Shown here piece after piece: positions 1 through 6,643 of a stretch of 56,580 nt of DNA (positions within the stretch are counted from its first letter, which is position 1; the number at the start of each line of letters is the position of its first letter). The DNA comes from a virus (lineage: Duplodnaviria; Caudoviricetes), in IMG/VR virus record IMGVR_UViG_3300032305_000763, positions 1-56,580 of that record; one strand, written 5' to 3'. Made by a program: the position numbers and the translations under genes. Below the pieces are notes generated by a model. That model was not told the DNA's origin. It saw nothing but the letters and a program-made list of their open reading frames with translations, and did not search any database.

Positions 1-133
1 CCTTGCGTTGATAAACGCTAAGACCATAAGCGGATTTACATCCACCATTATTCCAATCGTGTAAGATACGATTTTCTAACGCACCAGATATACCTAGTGC
101 TAATCCAATATTAGTTTTATTTAATGTAGTCAT
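1..133 (-). CDS. Small hypothetical early protein, 3'-truncated by the window edge (MTTLNKTNIGLALGISGALENRILHDWNNGG...)
   Basis: ATG at 133, SD AAGAAAGGT upstream, open to position 1, own leftward promoter. Confidence 0.7.
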   Translation of the reverse strand, partial: MTTLNKTNIGLALGISGALENRILHDWNNGGCKSAYGLSVYQRK

Positions 134-184
134 ATTGACCACCTTTCTTTGTTGATAACCTTTATCAACTTTCTTTATACCTCT

Positions 185-222
185 AGTATAACAGGCACCA
201 CTGACATTTCCTCGGCGTGTCG
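185..222 (-). promoter_or_regulatory. Leftward extended -10 promoter (TGTTATACT) with upstream AAATGTCAG and CGACACGCCG (GACAC, WhiA-like box)
   Basis: Reverse complement of 185-193 is TGTTATACT; CGGCGTGTCG at 213-222 is shared with the two rightward promoters. Confidence 0.7.
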
Positions 223-232
223 CAGGTTTTGA

Positions 233-254
233 AGATGAACAACAGATGAACAAC
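233..254. promoter_or_regulatory. 11-bp direct repeat resembling an actinobacterial PHO box (PhoP/RegX3, OmpR family)
   Basis: AGATGAACAAC x2; minus strand reads GTTCA-N6-GTTCA. Confidence 0.55.
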
Positions 255-286
255 AATCCACAGGCTACGTATCACCCTGTGGATAA
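254..286. promoter_or_regulatory. Pair of inverted DnaA boxes
   Basis: TGTGGATAA at 278-286 is a perfect TTATCCACA on the minus strand; CAATCCACA at 254-262 is 7/9; inverted repeat ATCCACAGG/CCTGTGGAT. Confidence 0.6.
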
Positions 287-305
287 CTTCTATGCCGGAA
301 TTTTG

Positions 306-321
306 TGTGGTGTAAATCACT
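306..321. promoter_or_regulatory. CRP/GlxR-like site
   Basis: TGTGG-TGTAAA-TCACT, 8/10 match to TGTGA-N6-TCACA. Confidence 0.5.
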
Positions 322-345
322 AATTACAATGGTGTTATTCACGGC

Positions 346-382
346 GTGTCGACTTGACTTTTTGACATTTCTATGTTATACT
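346..382 (+). promoter_or_regulatory. Strong sigmaA-type promoter P1
   Basis: TTGACT (354-359), 17 bp, TG-n-TATACT (377-382); GTGTC 3 bp upstream of -35. Confidence 0.85.
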
Positions 383-436
383 TACAGTATCAAAAATTAA
401 ATAAGGACAATTTGGCTAATGAGCCTACCAAATAAG

Positions 437-452
437 TCGAACAGATGTTCGA
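437..452. promoter_or_regulatory. LexA (SOS) box, actinobacterial/Gram-positive type
   Basis: TCGAAC-AGAT-GTTCGA, perfect match to the mycobacterial consensus TCGAAC-N4-GTTCGA. Confidence 0.8.
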
Positions 453-468
453 ATGAGCGTAGCAAATA

Positions 469-484
469 AGTGGTCTAAATCACA
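469..484. promoter_or_regulatory. Second CRP/GlxR-like site
   Basis: AGTGG-TCTAAA-TCACA, 8/10 match to consensus and near-identical to 306-321. Confidence 0.5.
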
Positions 485-489
485 CACAA

Positions 490-534
490 GACACGGCGTG
501 TCGTCTTGACTTTTCGGGTATTGTGTGTTATACT
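490..534 (+). promoter_or_regulatory. Strong sigmaA-type promoter P2 with palindromic GACAC-GGC-GTGTC upstream
   Basis: TTGACT (506-511), 17 bp, TG-n-TATACT (529-534); GACACGGCGTGTC at 490-502. Confidence 0.85.
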
Positions 535-650
535 TACAGTATAGAAAATTAAATAAGGCAAAATCCTAGTGAGCCCTACTAAGTAGGCAAATAACCTAGG
601 TCAAGGAAAAAGATAACACAAGGTTATCGCATTAAAGAAAGGTTCATTAA

Positions 651-857
651 ATGAACACTATATATAACGAAATAAAAGACGAGTTTGGTGCTAGTGCTAC
701 TAGTGCTTACTATAAAACTCCTATGCTACCTATTAGAGTAGCACAGCGTATTAACGCTACCTATCCACCTACTCACGAGGGTAGAACAATTATTCTACAC
801 CCTATGGGTATCCGTGTCGCTAAGCGATACATGTCCTTAGTTATGGGGGTAAAGTAA
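651..857 (+). CDS. Hypothetical early protein, 68 aa
   Basis: ORF with SD AAGAAAGG, downstream of P1/P2. Confidence 0.8.
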   Translation: MNTIYNEIKDEFGASATSAYYKTPMLPIRVAQRINATYPPTHEGRTIILHPMGIRVAKRYMSLVMGVK

Positions 858-859
858 TT

Positions 860-979
860 ATGAATCCTTTTACATACGCAATAGATTGGCTAGATGAGAA
901 TGCTGATTACGCTCCAATAGGTGCATTCATCGGTGTAGGCATAGCGATAGCCCTATGTTTTATATTCGGGGGTAACTAA
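860..979 (+). CDS. Small membrane protein, 39 aa (MNPFTYAIDWLDENADYAPIGAFIGVGIAIALCFIFGGN)
   Basis: Manually translated; SD-like GGGGGT; one C-terminal TM helix; tightly packed between neighbours. Confidence 0.7.
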   Translation: MNPFTYAIDWLDENADYAPIGAFIGVGIAIALCFIFGGN

Positions 980-1084
980 ATGAATAGACTACTAACAACC
1001 CTAGTGCAATTAGCACTACTAGCAATTACAATACCTATGGTTATTTCCATAGTGAAAGACATTAAGAATGGAGGTCTCAAATGA
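980..1084 (+). CDS. Small membrane protein, 34 aa (MNRLLTTLVQLALLAITIPMVISIVKDIKNGGLK)
   Basis: Manually translated; abuts the previous stop, ATGA overlap with the next gene; hydrophobic core. Confidence 0.7.
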   Translation: MNRLLTTLVQLALLAITIPMVISIVKDIKNGGLK

Positions 1085-1263
1085 TAGTTACACTCACAAG
1101 TTTCAACGGTAACGTTAAGAAGATTAACTTACCTAACGCTGAATCAGTAAAAACTTTCCTAGTAGAGTTACCTAAGAATACGCCTATGCATACACGATTA
1201 AATTTTAATTGTGATGTCTTAGGGTTTCAAGGTTTCATTACAGGCACTAAGTTAGATAAGTAG
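1081..1263 (+). CDS. Hypothetical protein, 60 aa
   Basis: SD GGAGG, ATGA coupling. Confidence 0.8.
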   Translation: MIVTLTSFNGNVKKINLPNAESVKTFLVELPKNTPMHTRLNFNCDVLGFQGFITGTKLDK

Positions 1264-1267
1264 GCTA

Positions 1268-1284
1268 AGGGGAGCGATCCCCCT
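1268..1284 (+). terminator. Hairpin at end of early operon (GGGGA-GCGA-TCCCC)
   Basis: Short GC stem with GNRA loop just after the stop; T-rich tract is about 12 bp downstream, so atypical. Confidence 0.4.
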
Positions 1285-1409
1285 AGTGTGCTCACTATTT
1301 ATTTTGGTTTTATTTTTTGAATCATGTATCATACATCTGAACAAAATATTCAGATTTTTGGGAAATAAAAATTTTTTCAGATTTCCAGGGAATAGGGTAT
1401 AATTAAACC

Positions 1410-1550
1410 ATGAGCATATTAGACAACCTAGAAAACGCCTGGGATGAAGAATGGCAAACCGAGTCATCTGGCATAATAAAAATATATTCAGATTCATGCT
1501 GTAATGGCTGTACCTGTAAGTCCGAACAAGATCACAAACCTAAAATCTAG
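1410..1550 (+). CDS. Small Cys-rich protein, 46 aa (MSILDNLENAWDEEW...SCCNGCTCKS...), probably leaderless
   Basis: Manually translated; TATAAT at 1398-1403, 6 nt before ATG. Confidence 0.7.
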   Translation: MSILDNLENAWDEEWQTESSGIIKIYSDSCCNGCTCKSEQDHKPKI

Positions 1551-1574
1551 ATATCAAGGTTTGGCAGGGTATAC

Positions 1575-2336
1575 CTACAAGGTAAACGCAGGCTCAACTA
1601 TAAGGTTCTTATTAATCTCTGTTAAAACCTTTTCTCTAAGACCAACCTTATCAAACATAGCATATCTCTGAAGAAGAGATCTTCCACGTCCAAACATATT
1701 TGTGGTCTCAACACAAGAGTTTGCATAGTTAAATAATTTTTCATTCATAGAAAACCTTTTTAACTCTATAGGTCTGTCGGTTTTAAACTCAACATAAAAA
1801 GTAGGTTCGTTTTCTTCAATAGTGAATTCTCCCTTATTTGACCACATTTGTAATTCCAAGTTAAAAGGTCTAAACCATTTTCCAATATTAAACTCTCCTG
1901 GGACTACAGTTCCGTAGTTAGTATATCCTGGCTTATGAAAATATGGTGATGTAAAAAAAGCATCTAGAGGTTCATCTGAAAAGAGCACATAAGATAAATT
2001 AATATAAATACAAGGACCTTGTTTTATAGCAGCATCTCTAAGAACTTGTGCTGCAACTCCATTAGGGTTTTCTAATTGTAAAATTTTGTTATTATTTGAA
2101 AAATCATAAGTATAGTGGGAGTCTACTGGAAAGTTAAAAACAAGTGTTTTTTTAAATTTATTTGCAGTAGCGGGGCATGAAAAGAAATTGTTATTTCCTG
2201 AATCACTGACTTTATTTTTTACCAGTGATGAAAATAACTGATCAGGCTTGGGGTATAAAAAAGACCAATCGCTATGATCTATCTCATTTATAACAAGAGG
2301 CGCCCAGTATACATTTATAGGAGTTTTTTGATTCAT
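1575..2336 (-). CDS. Hypothetical protein, 253 aa, distantly similar in motif layout to 7014-7739
   Basis: Long ORF with own TTGACA...TGCTAATAT promoter; SCPA and VPGEFNIGKWFRP motifs. Confidence 0.8.
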   Translation of the reverse strand: MNQKTPINVYWAPLVINEIDHSDWSFLYPKPDQLFSSLVKNKVSDSGNNNFFSCPATANKFKKTLVFNFPVDSHYTYDFSNNNKILQLENPNGVAAQVLRDAAIKQGPCIYINLSYVLFSDEPLDAFFTSPYFHKPGYTNYGTVVPGEFNIGKWFRPFNLELQMWSNKGEFTIEENEPTFYVEFKTDRPIELKRFSMNEKLFNYANSCVETTNMFGRGRSLLQRYAMFDKVGLREKVLTEINKNLIVEPAFTL

Positions 2337-2371
2337 ATATCAATATTAGCATAAGTCTGGTATTTGTCAAA

Positions 2372-2563
2372 TCACCACTTATCTATAGGACACTTAGCCT
2401 TTTCTAACGTAGTCTTAAGTTTCATAAAACATCCACACTTCTTACAGGTTTGAGTCTTTGGTCTAAAGAATTCACAACCTTTACAGATTTCGAGACGGTA
2501 TGCAGCCAATTCATCTGGCGATCTAGGAGATCCATTAATTAAATCAAAAGGTGTAACATCCAT
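2372..2563 (-). CDS. Small Cys-rich metal-binding protein (DUF6171-like), start revised to MDVTPF
   Basis: RLEICKGC...CKKCGCF...CPIDKW; TATAAT 6 nt upstream of ATG 2563. Confidence 0.8.
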   Translation of the reverse strand: MDVTPFDLINGSPRSPDELAAYRLEICKGCEFFRPKTQTCKKCGCFMKLKTTLEKAKCPIDKW

Positions 2564-2623
2564 CAAACCATTATATCCTATCATCGCCATATAACAAAAC
2601 CTTATCAAACCTTATTCTGGCTA

Positions 2624-2760
2624 TTCGGGATAACTGGTTATCGGGATATCAGGGATAGCAGAGAATATATTCCATACCAGACATATGTGGTTTGTTAAAC
2701 CATTGTTGTCTGTAGGAAGGTTTGCTATCTCTATTTTCGCCTTTGTTGTTTCCCGCCGAA
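2624..2760 (+). ncRNA. Candidate structured intergenic RNA
   Basis: Nested stems 2652-2662/2721-2731, 2670-2673/2715-2718, 2678-2683/2707-2712, 2688-2693/2697-2702; G-U pairs favour the + strand. Confidence 0.35.
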
Positions 2761-2792
2761 ATTTAATCTCAAATAGTGATATAATAATCTTT

Positions 2793-3008
2793 ATGACTCC
2801 ACAAGACTGGGCAGCGCTAATATTATCTATAGCATCTATTTTTGCAATTGTTGCTGGTGGAATCAAGTGGCTCGTAAAACATTATTTAAACGAACTTAAG
2901 CCAAATTCAGGATCCAGTCTAAAAGATTCCGTTAATCGGCTCGAAGAAAAAACTGACAAAATGTTTGATTTATTAATTGAGCATATTAAAGATCATAATA
3001 AAAAATAA
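2793..3008 (+). CDS. Single-TM coiled-coil membrane protein (DUF2746-like, holin-associated in actinophages); start revised to MTPQDW
   Basis: TM helix then ELKPNSGSSLKDSVNRLE; TGATATAAT 7 nt before ATG. Confidence 0.8.
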   Translation: MTPQDWAALILSIASIFAIVAGGIKWLVKHYLNELKPNSGSSLKDSVNRLEEKTDKMFDLLIEHIKDHNKK

Positions 3009-3200
3009 TCTACTATATATAATATATTATAAAAACTAAGTTTAGATATATTCTTTTCTTTATATATTTTAAGTATACACCATAACTACTGGATTTCATA
3101 CTTTTCAAATACTGGACTTTATAACAATTAGGTAACAATTACTTTATATACCTGGACTATAACAATTCGTTACAAACCCCATATATTTTTACAATATTAA
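3009..3200. other. Very AT-rich non-coding tract with short direct repeats, possible replication origin
   Basis: TA-alternating run 3013-3070; CTGGA(C/T)T x3; TAACAATT x3 (3122, 3133, 3160). Confidence 0.35.
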
Positions 3201-3215
3201 TGATATAATCTAAAC

Positions 3216-3275
3216 AGATTAGTCCCTAGGTTGCTCTCTACCCCACCCCACTGCGCCTAGGGATTAATCCTTTTT
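3216..3275 (+). ncRNA. Candidate small RNA: 14-bp stem, C-rich loop, U-tail
   Basis: TGATATAAT at 3201-3209; GATTAGTCCCTAGG (3217-3230) pairs with CCTAGGGATTAATC (3256-3269); loop TCTCTACCCCACCCCAC; followed by TTTTT; no ORF; next gene has its own promoter. Confidence 0.65.
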
Positions 3276-3293
3276 ATGGTATAATCAATTATT

Positions 3294-3698
3294 ATGTGTA
3301 ACTCTTCTATCCAAAAATATGGCGCTAATCCAATAGGCGTAAAATGGAATATTGTGCGTGGAGACACCGCTACACTAGATATTGACTTCCTTGAACTAGA
3401 TGAAATCACAGGCTTTGACTGCACTGGCTGGACCTATAAGGCTACAGCATACGATATCAATGGTGATGTGCTGGATGAACTTATTACAGAGGCTACAGGG
3501 CATTCTGTGACGATTAAGGCACCTGCCTCACTTACCCTTAATTGGGGATCTTCATATAAAAATGTTGTAGCCGAATTACCTTTTGATCTACAAGTTATTA
3601 TTGAAGCAACCAGCGGTCCTGCAGAAGATACAGTTTGGACTCCAATTGTTGGTACAATTACTGTTATAGGAGATGTTTCTCCAGGAGGTAGTCTATGA
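3294..3698 (+). CDS. Virion structural protein, beta-rich RGDT family (BppU-N-like), paralog 1
   Basis: WNIVRGDT...FDLQV...GTITVIGDVS. Confidence 0.8.
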   Translation: MCNSSIQKYGANPIGVKWNIVRGDTATLDIDFLELDEITGFDCTGWTYKATAYDINGDVLDELITEATGHSVTIKAPASLTLNWGSSYKNVVAELPFDLQVIIEATSGPAEDTVWTPIVGTITVIGDVSPGGSL

Positions 3699-3799
3699 GT
3701 ATTCCAACAGATATAGTTATTGCTATTAGTTCTAAGACTGATACGCTACCGTCGATTATTAAAGTTGATAACGTTGTCTACAAGGTACAGGAGTTCTAA
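3695..3799 (+). CDS. Small protein, 34 aa (MSIPTDIVIAISSKTDTLPSIIKVDNVVYKVQEF)
   Basis: ATGA and TAATG overlaps with both neighbours. Confidence 0.7.
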   Translation: MSIPTDIVIAISSKTDTLPSIIKVDNVVYKVQEF

Positions 3800-4143
3800 T
3801 GGCATTTCCAGGAACATATAATTTTAACTACTACCGTGGTGATACAAACCAATTCGTAATCCGTCCAAAAAATGCAAATGGAGGCGCATTTGATTTAACT
3901 GGATACACAGCACAATTTAAAATTGCAAACCGTCGTGGTTCAACTGGTACACAGTATGAAGGACAGGTCACTGTTGATACGACAAATGATTTAGTTACTT
4001 GTACAATTTTGCCAGGTGTAGGAAGAAGCCTTGCTGCAGGAACATTTGTATATGATGTTCAAATTACAACAGGTGCTTCAAATATTATTACAATACTAAC
4101 TGGATCAATTACAGTAACAGATGACATTACGGGTGCTGTCTAA
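3799..4143 (+). CDS. Virion structural protein, RGDT family paralog 2
   Basis: YYRGDT...YDVQI...GSITVTDDIT. Confidence 0.8.
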   Translation: MAFPGTYNFNYYRGDTNQFVIRPKNANGGAFDLTGYTAQFKIANRRGSTGTQYEGQVTVDTTNDLVTCTILPGVGRSLAAGTFVYDVQITTGASNIITILTGSITVTDDITGAV

Positions 4144-4718
4144 TGCCTGATGTTTTATTGTCAAATGATGATGTAACAGTTTTAGGTCCACCAAACACAG
4201 TTGAAGTTTTAGTAGATATTGGTCCAACTGGAACTCGTGGTAGTCAAGTATTTGTTGGCGTTGGAGATCCAAATGTTTTTGAAATTGGTCAAACCCCACT
4301 ATTAAATGATTTATATATAAATGCATCTCCAGGTGCTGACTATGGATATATGTATCAATATGTCTCTGAGCCTGGTGGAGATACCTGGATTCAAATTCTT
4401 GAAATAAGTCCAACACTATATAGCCAACTTCATTCCACAACATATGTTGATGGGGTTGCACAAGTGGTTATACCTATTTCAAACATCGTTACTGTCACTG
4501 GTTCACCATTGGCATCAAATAACTTTGTAGTTCAATATAGCATTGCCCATGATAATCCTACTGCTTCTTCTGTTGCTGTTCCCGCACTTGTCGGGGCTGG
4601 AACAAATTTAGTTCTAAACTTTTCAGCAGTAGAATACACAGGCTCTGTATGGCAAAATCTAGATGAGGAGGTAACCACTCACTTATTTATATCGATTGTT
4701 CTGGACGAAGAGTCATAA
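4143..4718 (+). CDS. Putative virion structural protein, 191 aa
   Basis: Coupled ORF; GPTGTRGS and GDP...NDLYIN motifs typical of fibre N-termini. Confidence 0.75.
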   Translation: MPDVLLSNDDVTVLGPPNTVEVLVDIGPTGTRGSQVFVGVGDPNVFEIGQTPLLNDLYINASPGADYGYMYQYVSEPGGDTWIQILEISPTLYSQLHSTTYVDGVAQVVIPISNIVTVTGSPLASNNFVVQYSIAHDNPTASSVAVPALVGAGTNLVLNFSAVEYTGSVWQNLDEEVTTHLFISIVLDEES

Positions 4719-4762
4719 GAGCAATAAGATTATGGTATAATTTTGTGAAGAGGTGATATATT

Positions 4763-5890
4763 ATGGCAGTTGAATCAATTGGATCGCTCTACCCAACAAA
4801 GATCCCAGGGTATGCGGACGCAGCAGATATTCAGGCAGCACTACGTGCCTACCACTACGGGTCATATACATATGACACAGCAAACACATCAACAGGATCA
4901 CTCGTTGCCAACTCAATGGCAAAATTTTTATTTGATATCGAAACAGATATTGCAGCACTTGAAAACCGTCCATCATCAGGTGGAGAGGTCGACACAGCAG
5001 CCCCTGCAGCAGTAGATTTTACACCAGCAGAAATTCCAGATGGATTTATTTGGGTAGATCAAGATGGATCTATTGGCGGTGGACCAACTGGAGCAACAGC
5101 AGTATTTACAAATAGCGCACCAACAACTTCTATTACAACTGGAACTGTTTGGGTAGACAAAGATGCAACTGCAATCACAGCAAATCCCTTTATCCCACAA
5201 GCACTTATTAATGCTAAGGGTGATTTAATTGCTGGTAGTGCAAATGATACCGCAACAATTTTAGCAATTGGAACAAATGGTTATGTATTAGCAGCAAGTT
5301 CTGCAACAACATCTGGTCTAGTATGGACAGATACCGCAGCATCAACACAAACCCTTACAAATAAGTCAATTTCACTTGGCTCAAACACAGTTACATCAAC
5401 GCTTGCTCAGTTAAATACTGCAGTTAGCGATGCTGACGTAGCCTCTATTGCAGGAACAGAAACACTTACAAACAAAACCTTAACTAATCCATTATTATCT
5501 TCACCAGAAGAATCTGTAAATATTATTGCAGCAGCACCTACAGCAACTCAGAATATTGATTTTGTTACATCTGGTGTTCATTACTTTACATCTAACTCTA
5601 CTTCTAATGTTACCCTAAATTTTAGGGGAGATGCAACACCAACAACACTTAACTCCATGATGGCTATTGGTGGATCGGTTACTATAAGCGTTATGATTAC
5701 AAATGGCTCAACAGCATATCGTGCAACTGCTTTCCAAATTGATGGAAACGCAGTTACTCCAAAATGGTCAGGTGGAACAGCACCTTCTGCTGGAAATGCT
5801 TCTGCAATTGATTTTTATTCGTTTAATATTTTAAAAACAGCAAATGCTGCATTTACAATTTTTGCGTCAGGAGCGAGTAAGTTCGCATGA
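4763..5890 (+). CDS. Tail-fibre/adaptor protein (cassette 1)
   Basis: AKGDLIAG, TLTNKTLT repeats, C-terminal WSGGTAPSAGNASAIDFYSFNILKT domain. Confidence 0.8.
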   Translation: MAVESIGSLYPTKIPGYADAADIQAALRAYHYGSYTYDTANTSTGSLVANSMAKFLFDIETDIAALENRPSSGGEVDTAAPAAVDFTPAEIPDGFIWVDQDGSIGGGPTGATAVFTNSAPTTSITTGTVWVDKDATAITANPFIPQALINAKGDLIAGSANDTATILAIGTNGYVLAASSATTSGLVWTDTAASTQTLTNKSISLGSNTVTSTLAQLNTAVSDADVASIAGTETLTNKTLTNPLLSSPEESVNIIAAAPTATQNIDFVTSGVHYFTSNSTSNVTLNFRGDATPTTLNSMMAIGGSVTISVMITNGSTAYRATAFQIDGNAVTPKWSGGTAPSAGNASAIDFYSFNILKTANAAFTIFASGASKFA

Positions 5891-6633
5891 GTCCTTTATT
5901 TGGATACGGTTTAAGTGGTGGAGCAGGAAAATCTCCAATTGTTGCTACTGGTGGAACAACAAGTTCAGTTGGATTATATACATTTCACACATTTAATAGC
6001 ACTGGATCATTTACAGTATCTTCAAATCCAAGTGCTCTAGATATATACGTCTTAATTATTGGCGGTGGAGGCAATGGATCTACTGGTGGTAGAGGCGACC
6101 AAGTAGGTCGTGGTTATGGAGGAAATCCTGGAGGCGCAAGAGAAGCACTTGTTTCTGCTCCTACCGCAGGATCCTATACAGTAACTGTAGGTGGAGCCGC
6201 TGGAACATCTAGTTTTACAGATAATGCTAATTCAATAACACTATCCGCAACTGGCGGAGCCTCTGGTTCTAACAGTGCAAGTCTTGCAGCCTTAACTTCT
6301 GGATATCCAGGACCAAAACGAAAATCACCTGGTAACGCAGCAGCCGCACAAAATGGTTATCCAACATACTTTAATGGTACATTAGTTACATATGGTGGCG
6401 GTGGTGGAGATGGTGCGGGAAGCAGTTACGGCGGGGGTGAAGCCGCAACAAATGGTATTTATTTTGGCGGTAACGGCGGAGCAGGGGTAGACTCAAGTTC
6501 ATCAGGTGGAAGTGCAAATGGTCCAGGCGGTGCAGGCGGTGCAGGCGCTTCTGGTCAGTTTAACAACTCAGGCGGTGGCGGTGGCGGTTCTGGTGGAACT
6601 GGAATTGTTATTATTAAGTATTTTACGGCGTAA
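5887..6633 (+). CDS. Glycine-rich putative adhesin/fibre tip
   Basis: ATGG...YTFHTF...VLIIGGGG...GGTGIVIIKY. Confidence 0.8.
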   Translation: MSPLFGYGLSGGAGKSPIVATGGTTSSVGLYTFHTFNSTGSFTVSSNPSALDIYVLIIGGGGNGSTGGRGDQVGRGYGGNPGGAREALVSAPTAGSYTVTVGGAAGTSSFTDNANSITLSATGGASGSNSASLAALTSGYPGPKRKSPGNAAAAQNGYPTYFNGTLVTYGGGGGDGAGSSYGGGEAATNGIYFGGNGGAGVDSSSSGGSANGPGGAGGAGASGQFNNSGGGGGGSGGTGIVIIKYFTA

Positions 6634-6643
6634 AGGAATATAA

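Larger units (their letters stand above)
340..558 (+). repeat. Tandem ~67-bp promoter duplication (340-406 and 492-558, offset 152 bp)
   Basis: CACGGCGTGTCGnCTTGACTTTT...TGTTATACTTACAGTATnnAAAATTAAATAAGG in both copies. Confidence 0.9.

Noticed and set aside
340-600. CRISPR-like or attachment-site repeats
   Set aside because: Only two long copies, explained as duplicated promoters; no spacer periodicity, cas or integrase genes.
415-600. Hammerhead ribozyme (CTAATGAG...CAAA resembles CUGAUGA...GAAA)
   Set aside because: Essential core G residues are missing and no third stem or cleavage triplet is evident; kept only as an unknown motif.
1252-1497. 81-aa minus-strand ORF
   Set aside because: Spans the T-tract junction and overlaps the better-supported + strand gene 1410-1550.
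3217-3275. Plain terminator interpretation of the hairpin
   Set aside because: It lies about 200 bp from the upstream stop, starts right at a predicted TSS and has an unusually large loop; this reading is not fully excluded.
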